The position numbers were made by a program, and so were the translations under genes. Positions 11,532-19,377 of a stretch of 32,000 nucleotides of DNA are shown here, piece after piece. The stretch lies in NCBI GenBank assembly GCA_000008885.1, contig BA000021.3:240001-272000 (forward strand), in the 5' to 3' direction. The notes below the pieces were generated by a model. The model saw only the letters and a list, made by a program, of their open reading frames with translations. It made no database searches and had not been told where the DNA came from. Positions within the stretch are counted from its first letter, which is position 1. Each line of letters opens with the position of its first letter. This DNA is from Wigglesworthia glossinidia endosymbiont of Glossina brevipalpis. GTDB taxonomy: Bacteria > Pseudomonadota > Gammaproteobacteria > Enterobacterales > Enterobacteriaceae.

Positions 11532-11846
11532 TTACTTTAAAATAATAATATTTTCTTTTGAATAGTCTATATAATTCATATTAAAATTTTTTTTAGCAAG
11601 TGATCCAATACGATTGTTGTTTCCTAATACATATTTTTCTAAAATCAAATTATTCCATTCATGTTCTAAAAAATCATTTTCTAAAAAAATTTTTTCTCTT
11701 TCATTTATAAAATATCTAGTTTTATAAGTAATATATATTGTTAAAACCGATGTGATTAATATCAAAATAGTTATAAATATAGATAATTTAGAAAAACTTA
11801 AAACATCTTCTATAATTATTTGATTTATTTTTTTTTTATTAGTCAT
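11532..11846 (-). CDS. ftsL: Cell division protein FtsL
   Basis: 104-aa bitopic protein. The block EWNNLILEKYVLGNNNRIGSLAKKNFNMNYIDYSKENIII aligns with E. coli FtsL [40 protein letters not shown]. The start overlaps the rsmH stop by 8 nt. Confidence 0.88.
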   Translation of the reverse strand: MTNKKKINQIIIEDVLSFSKLSIFITILILITSVLTIYITYKTRYFINEREKIFLENDFLEHEWNNLILEKYVLGNNNRIGSLAKKNFNMNYIDYSKENIIILK

Positions 11847-12768
11847 ATTTTAATTTTTCTGCAAATCTTAAAATTGCACTTCTAGATTTTTTATTGTATA
11901 AAATTTCTTTTTTAGACGGTTGGATCTTTTTAAAATATTTCAATTTATAAATATTATCATTTTTGATTTTTGATTCTAAAATAGGTAATTTGTAAGGATA
12001 TATTTTTTTTCTGCTATTATTTATTATAAATTTTTTTATAATTCTATCTTCCAAAGAGTGAAAACTAATAAAAACTATTCTTCCTTTTGGGGAAATTATT
12101 TTTATAATATCATTAAGAGCTAATTTTAGCTCTTGCAATTCGTTATTAATGTAAATTCTAATAGCTTGAAAACTTCTTCTAGCAGGATGCTTTTTTTTAT
12201 AAAAATATCCACATGCTTTATTTATTAAATTAACTAGCTCTTTAGTTGTGTTAATATTTTTTATTTTTCTATATTTGCAAATTACATTTGATATCTTTTT
12301 ATAAAATTTTTCTTCTCCAAATTCTTTTATTACAAATGATATGTCTTTTATATTAGCATTGTTTATCCATTCTTTTGCAGAAATTCCATGTAAATTATTC
12401 ATTCTCATATCAAGAGGTCCATCATGCATAAATGAAAAACCTCTATTACTATCTTTTATTTGAGAAAAAGATAGACCTAAATCAAATAAAATTCCTTGAA
12501 CTTTTCCAAATATTTTATATTTAATTGAATATTTTAATATTTTAGAAAAATTTCCATGAATTGGGATTAATCTTCTATCTTTTATAGAGCAAGCAAATTC
12601 TATAGATTTAGGATCTCTATCTATTACTATTAATTTTCCTTTTTCATTTAATTTAGATAAAATACATCTAGAATGACCTCCACATCCAAAAGTAGCATCA
12701 ATATATGTTCCATTTGGGATTATTTTAATAGATTTTATAACTTCATTTAACATTACAGGTATGTGCAT
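11839..12768 (-). CDS. rsmH: 16S rRNA (cytosine1402-N4)-methyltransferase RsmH (MraW)
   Basis: 309 aa. The N-terminal HIPVML and the SAM-binding block DATFGCGGHS match E. coli HTTVLL and DGTFGRGGHS. It is the first gene of the dcw cluster here. Confidence 0.97.
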   Translation of the reverse strand: MHIPVMLNEVIKSIKIIPNGTYIDATFGCGGHSRCILSKLNEKGKLIVIDRDPKSIEFACSIKDRRLIPIHGNFSKILKYSIKYKIFGKVQGILFDLGLSFSQIKDSNRGFSFMHDGPLDMRMNNLHGISAKEWINNANIKDISFVIKEFGEEKFYKKISNVICKYRKIKNINTTKELVNLINKACGYFYKKKHPARRSFQAIRIYINNELQELKLALNDIIKIISPKGRIVFISFHSLEDRIIKKFIINNSRKKIYPYKLPILESKIKNDNIYKLKYFKKIQPSKKEILYNKKSRSAILRFAEKLKYD

Positions 12769-12904
12769 ATATTGGCATTGATTAATTAAAAAAATTGTTA
12801 ATTAAAAATTTTTTTAAATACTATTAAATAATATTTAATTTTTTTGCAAAAAATAATTTAAATTAAATAAAATTAATAATTATGTAATTAATATGTAATA
12901 TTTA

Positions 12905-13399
12905 TTATGAATTATTTATTTTTTTTAATATTTGATCTACAAAATATAAACCACTTGGATCTTCATTTACTAGTTCTATTCTATCTAAAATAGATTTAAA
13001 CATTTTTTCTTCTTCGCATTGTTCTTCAACATACCATTTTAAAAAATGGAATGTCAAATAATCTTTTGTATCTATAGCCTGAAAAGATAAATTTTTTATT
13101 TTTTTGCTAATCATTTTTTCATGTTCGTAAGAAAATTGTACTATCTCTTTTAGAGAAGGAAAATGTTCTGGAGGTGAGTCAATTGAACTTATTTTTGGTG
13201 TATTTCCAGAATCAATTAAATAATCAAACAAACGATGCATATGACTTGTTTCTTCTATAGATTGTTGTTTGAAAAATTTGCTAGACCCTTCTAATTTATT
13301 AGAATTACACCAAGAACTCATTTGTAAATATAAATTGGAAGAGAATAGTTCAAGATTTAACTGCTTGTTTAAATTAACCACCATTTCTTGCTTAATCAT
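12905..13399 (-). CDS. ftnA: Non-haem ferritin FtnA
   Basis: 164 aa, collinear with E. coli FtnA (LNLELFSSNLYLQMSSWC versus MNLELYSSLLYQQMSAWC). Ferroxidase and site-C residues fall at E17, Y24, E49, E50, H53, E94, E126, Q127, E129 and E130. An AGGA Shine-Dalgarno lies about 9 nt upstream of the ATG. Confidence 0.93.
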   Translation of the reverse strand: MIKQEMVVNLNKQLNLELFSSNLYLQMSSWCNSNKLEGSSKFFKQQSIEETSHMHRLFDYLIDSGNTPKISSIDSPPEHFPSLKEIVQFSYEHEKMISKKIKNLSFQAIDTKDYLTFHFLKWYVEEQCEEEKMFKSILDRIELVNEDPSGLYFVDQILKKINNS

Positions 13400-13456
13400 G
13401 ATAAGATATCCTAATAATAATTAAAAAATAAATTAATTTTTAAATTGGAAATTTAA

Positions 13457-13687
13457 ATGAATCAAATAACATTAAATTTGTTTAAAATATCTAAAAAAAA
13501 TAGAGAAAAAATTATGGTAGATCTTGCGTCTTCTGGAGTCGTATTCAGAGAAAGATACAACATGCCAGTTTCCATAGAGCAAATAGAAAACAATCAACCA
13601 GAATATTTATTATCATATTTTAGAAAAAGATTAATATATTATAGGATAATTTCTAAAAAATTAAAAAAATCTTTTAAAAAAATATAA
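13457..13687 (+). CDS. holE: DNA polymerase III theta subunit HolE
   Basis: 76 aa, the same length as E. coli theta. The core VDLASSGVVFRERYNMPVSIEQIENNQPEYLLSYFRKRLIYYRIIS aligns with recalled E. coli HolE [46 protein letters not shown]. Local G+C is visibly higher than in the flanking spacers. Confidence 0.85.
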   Translation: MNQITLNLFKISKKNREKIMVDLASSGVVFRERYNMPVSIEQIENNQPEYLLSYFRKRLIYYRIISKKLKKSFKKI

Positions 13688-13701
13688 AATCAACAATAAT
13701 C

Positions 13702-14754
13702 TTATTTCTTATAAATAGTTAATAAAATTAACTTATTTATTAAAGATTTAAAGTCTAATCCAGATTTACTCCATAATTTAGGATAAATACTATTTTTAGT
13801 AAATCCAGGTATAGTATTTATTTCATTCAAAAAAATTTTTTTATTTTTTGTTAAAAAAAAATCTACTCTAGCCATTATACTGCATTCTAAACTAATAAAA
13901 GCAAGCTTAGCTATTTTTTTTATTTTATTAGATATTTCATTGGAGATTTTTGCAGGAATAATGATTTTTGTTTTTTTACTAATGTATTTTTCTTTATAAT
14001 CATAGAAAATTTTTTTAAATTTAATTTCTCCGCAAACGCTAGAAATAACATTTCTATTTCCTAACACTCCCACCTCTATTTCTCTTCCTTGTATAAAAGG
14101 TTCAATTAATATTTTTTTACTATATAAAAAAGCCACATCTATAGATTCTTTTAAAGAAATAAAATCGTTTGCTACATTTACTCCAAAAGAAGAGCCTTGA
14201 TTTGATGGCTTAATGCAACAAGGAAATTTTATATTATTTATTATCTTGTTAATTTTTTTTTTATAGTTTTCATAATACAATGTTATTGATGGAACTACAG
14301 AAATTCCAAATGTACTTAAAATTCTTTTTGAAATATCTTTATCCATACATATGCTTGAACTCAAAACATTTGATCCAACAAATGGAGTATATATAGTATT
14401 GAATAGTCCTTGAAATGCTCCGTTTTCTCCATTTGATCCATGCAAAATTGAAAAAATAACATCAATTTTCAACATTTTCTTATTTTTTAAACTGTAAAAT
14501 TGATAATTATTTTTACCTGGTATGATATATAAATATGAAACTGCAGGAGCAAGTTTGATATAATTTATATTATATTTAAATAAAATATAATTATTAATGC
14601 TTCTTATTCCAATCTTACCATTCTTTTCCACTCCTATTAATATAATATTATATTTTTTTTTATCAATTGCATTTATAATGCTAATTGAAGATTGTAAAGA
14701 TATTTCATGTTCTTTGGACTCACCTCCAAATAAAACAGCAACTGTTTTTTTCAT
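13702..14754 (-). CDS. ddlA: D-alanine--D-alanine ligase, DdlA type
   Basis: 350 aa. FGGESKEHEISLQSS, DVIFSILHGSNGENGAFQGLFNTIYTPFVGSNVLSSSICMDKDISKRIL and NEINTIPGFTKNSIYPKLWSKSGLDFKSLINKLILL match E. coli DdlA blocks. Both the length and these blocks fit DdlA rather than the 306-aa DdlB. Confidence 0.95.
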   Translation of the reverse strand: MKKTVAVLFGGESKEHEISLQSSISIINAIDKKKYNIILIGVEKNGKIGIRSINNYILFKYNINYIKLAPAVSYLYIIPGKNNYQFYSLKNKKMLKIDVIFSILHGSNGENGAFQGLFNTIYTPFVGSNVLSSSICMDKDISKRILSTFGISVVPSITLYYENYKKKINKIINNIKFPCCIKPSNQGSSFGVNVANDFISLKESIDVAFLYSKKILIEPFIQGREIEVGVLGNRNVISSVCGEIKFKKIFYDYKEKYISKKTKIIIPAKISNEISNKIKKIAKLAFISLECSIMARVDFFLTKNKKIFLNEINTIPGFTKNSIYPKLWSKSGLDFKSLINKLILLTIYKK

Positions 14755-14972
14755 TTTATAATTCTCTTAATACTTATATATTATTAAAAATTTTATATTG
14801 AATTTTAAAAAAATTGTAACTTGTATTTTTTAATATTCAATATTATATTATTAATATAAATAAAAATTTTAATATAGTTATTTTTTTAAATAAAAATAAA
14901 TATTAATATTATAAATAATATAATATTTATTTTTTAATTAAAATTTTTAATAAATACTTTTAGGATTAAACA

Positions 14973-15677
14973 ATGTCTATAATTAAATTAGTTCTAATGC
15001 GACATGGTTCTAGTATTTGGAACGATCAAGATCGTTTTACTGGATGGACAGATATTGATTTATCTGAAAAAGGAAAGAATGAAGTCAAATATGCAGGGAA
15101 AATGTTGAAATCTTTTGGTTATTCATTTAATTTTGCATATACTTCTTTGTTAAAAAGAGCAATACATAGTTTATGGGTTATTTTAAAAGAAATAAATCAA
15201 TCTTGGATTCCAGTAGAAAAATCTTGGAGATTAAATGAAAGACATTACGGTGCATTGCAAGGATTTAGTAAATATGAAATTGAAAAGAAATATGGAAAGA
15301 ATCAATTAAATGAATGGAGAAGAGGATTTTCTATTTCACCTCCAAAGATAAATGAAAAGGATAATTATTTTATTTTAAATGATAAAAGATATTTAAATTT
15401 AAAAACAAAAAAATTACTTCCTTTTTCAGAAAGTCTAAAATCTACAATTGATAGAATAATGCCATATTGGGATGGAAATATATTTCCAAGATTGCAAAAT
15501 AAAGAAAAAATAATAATCGTAGCTCATGGAAATTCAATTAGAGCTATAATAAAAATTTTATGTAATCTTAATGAAAAAGAAATTATAAAAATTAATATAC
15601 CTACTGGTATACCTTTAATATATGAATTTGATTATAATATGGTTTTTAAAAAAAAATATTTTCTTTTTGATAGATAA
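14973..15677 (+). CDS. gpmA: 2,3-bisphosphoglycerate-dependent phosphoglycerate mutase GpmA
   Basis: 234 aa. LVLMRHGSSIWNDQDRFTGWTDIDLSEKG and SWRLNERHYGALQG match E. coli GpmA, as does the C-terminal AHGNS block. An AGGA lies 8 nt upstream of the ATG. Confidence 0.97.
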   Translation: MSIIKLVLMRHGSSIWNDQDRFTGWTDIDLSEKGKNEVKYAGKMLKSFGYSFNFAYTSLLKRAIHSLWVILKEINQSWIPVEKSWRLNERHYGALQGFSKYEIEKKYGKNQLNEWRRGFSISPPKINEKDNYFILNDKRYLNLKTKKLLPFSESLKSTIDRIMPYWDGNIFPRLQNKEKIIIVAHGNSIRAIIKILCNLNEKEIIKINIPTGIPLIYEFDYNMVFKKKYFLFDR

Positions 15678-15731
15678 ATATTATTAAAATTTTTATTAAA
15701 AGTATTAAATAAAAATTTATAAGTTATATTT

Positions 15732-17465
15732 TTAATTTTTTTGTAAATTATACATTTTGTAATATTTTCCTTTCTCTTTTATAAGAGATAAATGATTTCC
15801 TTGTTCTGCAATATTTCCTTTATGTAAAACTAAAATATTATCAGCATTTAAAATAGTACTAAATCTATGAGCTATAACTATTATAGTAGTAGTTTTTTTT
15901 ATCTTGCATAAAATATTATTAATTAATTTTTCTGTATCATAATCAATGTTTGATGTAGATTCATCTAATATTAATATTGAAGGTACAGATACTAAAACCC
16001 TTGCTAAAGATATTAATTGTTTTTGTCCAGCAGAAAGCATGTTTCCATATTCGTCTAATTTAGAAAATATTCCATTTGGAAAAGAATTAATAAAAGATAC
16101 AAGATTTAAATTTTTTAAAGTAGACCAAACTTGTTTTTCTTTAATTTTTCTTCCAAATACGATGTTATCGTAAATTGATCTTGATATTATAACTGGATCT
16201 TGTTGAACCATTGATATTCCTTTACGAATTACTTTTCTAGACAATGTTTCTATTGGTCTGTTATCTATTAGTAGAGTTCCATTTTTCAATGAATAATGAC
16301 CCATAATTAAATTAGCTAAAGTGCTTTTTCCACTTCCTGTTTGACCTACTAAAGCTAAAAAACTTTTTTCTGGAACATAAAAAGATATATGATTTAAAAT
16401 TAAATTTTTATAGTCATATGAAAAAGTTATATTTTTTGCTTGAATGCATCCGCTAAATATTTTTTTATTATCTTTTCCATAAGATTGGATTGGTGATTCT
16501 AACAAATTAAAAATTCTCTCACATGCAACATGTGCTTGTTGTAAAATAGATTGATGAGAAGTAATTTCTATTAATGGCTCGCTTAATCTTCCTAAATAAT
16601 GAATAAAAGCATATAAAGTTCCTACTCCAACAATGTTATTTGGACTTAAACCAAATAAAAGTAATATAATGCAAAGAATTAAAGAAAATACTAAACTTAG
16701 TAAAGGCCTAAGAAGATATCCTTCTAGTTTTAGACTGTCCATACGAGCTTTAAAATGTTCTTTATTTATTTTATATAATTTTTCTCTGAATCTTTTTTGC
16801 TGTCTAAATTGTTGAATAATTTTCATATTTTTAATAATTTCATTAAAAAAATTATTAATATTTTCTACGCAATGCCTTATTCTAAAAAAAATTGGTATAC
16901 TATAAATCTGATAAGTTTTCATTATGAAAATTATTATAGGAAATAAAATTAATGAAATAAATCCTAACTTCCAATTTAATATAAAAATAGCTACAGATAT
17001 ACTAAAAATTAATGTTATACTTTTTATTATAGAAGATATAAAATGTATAAGTAAGTTTTTTATAATTTCAGTATCATTTATTATGATCGAAATTAATTTG
17101 CCCATTGATTGTTTGTCAAACCAAGATAATGGTTTATGTAAAATTGAATTCATAACAATATTTCTAATTTTAGCTACTATATTTAAAGATATTTTACTGA
17201 ATATGTAAGATTGATAATACCTCAAAATCGCAGACATAATTTGTAAAACTAAAAAACTAAACATAAAAATTAAAAACATCCATATTGGCATTTTAACTAT
17301 TTTAAATAGATTATCTATAAAATAACTAATTATTATTGGACCAGAAATTTCCATAGCTGAGGACAACAATAACATAGAACATGCTAATATGAATTTTTTC
17401 TTAAAAGGATATGCATATATTAATAGACGTTTTAAATAATTTTTTAAATTGTATTTAATATACAT
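15732..17465 (-). CDS. mdlB: ABC exporter permease/ATPase fusion protein MdlB
   Basis: 577 aa with an N-terminal 6-TM exporter domain and a C-terminal NBD. Motifs are Walker A GQTGSGKST, signature LSAGQKQ, Walker B plus catalytic Glu ILILDES, and H-loop VIAHR. It lies immediately downstream of mdlA, as in E. coli. Confidence 0.9.
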   Translation of the reverse strand: MYIKYNLKNYLKRLLIYAYPFKKKFILACSMLLLSSAMEISGPIIISYFIDNLFKIVKMPIWMFLIFMFSFLVLQIMSAILRYYQSYIFSKISLNIVAKIRNIVMNSILHKPLSWFDKQSMGKLISIIINDTEIIKNLLIHFISSIIKSITLIFSISVAIFILNWKLGFISLILFPIIIFIMKTYQIYSIPIFFRIRHCVENINNFFNEIIKNMKIIQQFRQQKRFREKLYKINKEHFKARMDSLKLEGYLLRPLLSLVFSLILCIILLLFGLSPNNIVGVGTLYAFIHYLGRLSEPLIEITSHQSILQQAHVACERIFNLLESPIQSYGKDNKKIFSGCIQAKNITFSYDYKNLILNHISFYVPEKSFLALVGQTGSGKSTLANLIMGHYSLKNGTLLIDNRPIETLSRKVIRKGISMVQQDPVIISRSIYDNIVFGRKIKEKQVWSTLKNLNLVSFINSFPNGIFSKLDEYGNMLSAGQKQLISLARVLVSVPSILILDESTSNIDYDTEKLINNILCKIKKTTTIIVIAHRFSTILNADNILVLHKGNIAEQGNHLSLIKEKGKYYKMYNLQKN

Positions 17466-17470
17466 CTATT

Positions 17471-19219
17471 TTATTTTCCTTTTTCTTTTACTAAATAATT
17501 TTCTATTTTTTGATATTTATACATTTTGTAATACCACCCTTTAGATCTTAAAAGGAAATTATGATTTCCTCTTTGATTAATTCTTCCATTTATTAAAACT
17601 AAAATTTCAGATGCTTCTTTTATAGAAGAGAGTTTATTAGAGATCATAATTATAGTTTTATGATTTTTAAATTTTTTAATGTTATTCAATATATTATTTC
17701 CTGTACAACTATCTATAGAAGATAAAGGATCATCTAGTATTAATATTTTTGATGGAATCAAAAGAGCTCTAGCAATAGCTATTCTTTGTTTTTGGCCTCC
17801 AGATAAAATTAATCCATTTTCTCCTATTTTTGTTTTATAATTTTTAGGAAAATTTATTATATCATTATGTATGCATGCTAATTCTGCTACTTTTTCTATT
17901 TCATTTTTTTTTGCATTCGGATTTCCTAGTGATATATTATTTTTAATACTATCTGAAAATAAAAAAGGTGATTGATTTACTACAGAAATTAAATTCCTCC
18001 AATCATTCAAAATTAAAGATTTTAAAGGTAAATTTTTAAAAAAAATTTCTCCATCTATGATATCAAAATATCTTAAAATCAAAGAAACTAAAGTGCTTTT
18101 TCCAGATCCTGTAGGACCACATATTCCAATGAACTTTCCTGGATTTATTTTAATTTTTATATTTTTTAATATAATATTTTTACTATAAGGATAAATGAAC
18201 TTTTTAATTGAAACTAAAATTATTCCATTTTTATCTGGTATAGATATATCTCCATCTTTATTATTTTTTTTTTCTAATATTAAATTAATTCTATTATATG
18301 CTGCATGTCCTCTTTCTATTATATTAAACGTCCAAGCAAATGCTAACATAGGCCAAATCATTAACCCTAAATACATTATAAAACTTGTTAATTGTCCTAT
18401 AGTAATAATTTCATTGTATATTAAATATATACCTCCATAAATTGCTAATAAATTAGAAATTCCTACAGTAAGATAAATAATAGGATCAAATTTTGCATCT
18501 ATTTTTTCTGAATGCATGTTTTTTTCATTAGCATAAAATACTGAACTTGAAAAACAAGATAAATAATATTTCTCTGATCCAAAAGATTTTATTGTTTTTA
18601 TATTATTTAAATTTTCATGAGTTTTGTTGTTTAATTTAGAAAATTCGTTTTGATATATAAAAACACTGTTATAAAGTTTTTTACCTATTTTTTTTATTAA
18701 AAAAACCATTATTGGCATTGGAGTTAACGCAAATATAGTAAGTATTATATTTATTTTTATGCTCATAATTAATAATACTGAAAAACCCATTATTAAAGAA
18801 TCAACCAAAGTAAGAACACCTTCTCCAACAGCATATACAACTCTGTCTACATCGCTTGTTACTCTGCTAATCAAATCTCCTGTTTTGTTTTTTATATAAA
18901 AACTTGGAGATTGATTGCTTAATATAAAATAAAATTTATCACGTAAATCTAATGATAATTGATATGCTGATCCAAATAATATAATTCTCCAAATATAACG
19001 TATATAATATACTAAAATGGAAGAAACTATTATTAAAACAACTAATATTATTACACTAATATTTGTAGACCTGAGATTAATTACATCATCTACAATTATT
19101 CCAACAGCCCATGGAGAAATAAGTTTTAGCATAGCAATAATTATCAATAAAATTATAGATAAAAAATATTGTTTTTTTTCTCTTATAAAAAACCATTTTA
19201 ATTTTAAAAAAAATTTCAC
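17471..19219 (-). CDS. mdlA: ABC exporter permease/ATPase fusion protein MdlA, with a GTG start
   Basis: 582 aa. The N-terminus (GTG)KFFLKLKWFFIREKKQYFLSIILLIIIAMLKL aligns with E. coli [33 protein letters not shown]. Motifs are Walker A GPTGSGKST, signature LSGGQKQR, Walker B ILILDDP, and an H-loop position reading ISNK. Confidence 0.9.
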   Translation of the reverse strand: MKFFLKLKWFFIREKKQYFLSIILLIIIAMLKLISPWAVGIIVDDVINLRSTNISVIILVVLIIVSSILVYYIRYIWRIILFGSAYQLSLDLRDKFYFILSNQSPSFYIKNKTGDLISRVTSDVDRVVYAVGEGVLTLVDSLIMGFSVLLIMSIKINIILTIFALTPMPIMVFLIKKIGKKLYNSVFIYQNEFSKLNNKTHENLNNIKTIKSFGSEKYYLSCFSSSVFYANEKNMHSEKIDAKFDPIIYLTVGISNLLAIYGGIYLIYNEIITIGQLTSFIMYLGLMIWPMLAFAWTFNIIERGHAAYNRINLILEKKNNKDGDISIPDKNGIILVSIKKFIYPYSKNIILKNIKIKINPGKFIGICGPTGSGKSTLVSLILRYFDIIDGEIFFKNLPLKSLILNDWRNLISVVNQSPFLFSDSIKNNISLGNPNAKKNEIEKVAELACIHNDIINFPKNYKTKIGENGLILSGGQKQRIAIARALLIPSKILILDDPLSSIDSCTGNNILNNIKKFKNHKTIIMISNKLSSIKEASEILVLINGRINQRGNHNFLLRSKGWYYKMYKYQKIENYLVKEKGK

Positions 19220-19377
19220 AATTAATTTTCCAAAAAAATATTAAACTGTTATATAAAACTAATATTGTAGTATAATTATACTGCAATTAATCAAATTAAT
19301 CTCGTAATATTATACTAGATAACAAATTCTATTTTTTAAAAAATTATTAAAAATTTTTGTCAAAATGAACTATTAAT

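Noticed and set aside
14755-14972. A+T palindromes, for example TAATATT-C-AATATTA, and near-repeats in the 218-nt ddlA/gpmA divergent spacer. These were considered as operator sites or as replication-origin-like sequence.
   Set aside because: The spacer is nearly pure A+T, where short palindromes are abundant by chance. There are no DnaA-box-like (TTATCCACA) or Fur-box-like matches and no repeated unit longer than about 8 nt.
19086-19286. A 66-aa minus-strand ORF spanning the mdlA start region and upstream spacer. Its same-strand out-of-frame analogue is 3890-4084 inside ftsW.
   Set aside because: It is out of frame with, and overlaps, the well-aligned mdlA N-terminus. Its composition is that of spacer DNA and it has no homology.
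19358-19363. A perfect TTGACA -35 hexamer on the minus strand just downstream of deaD, considered as a possible mdlAB promoter. Two TATAAT hexamers lie at 19309-19314 and 19275-19280.
   Set aside because: No acceptable -10 lies 16-18 nt downstream of the TTGACA; the best candidate is TTTAAA. Neither TATAAT has a -35-like partner at proper spacing. In DNA this A+T-rich, isolated TATAAT matches are expected by chance, so I do not call a promoter.
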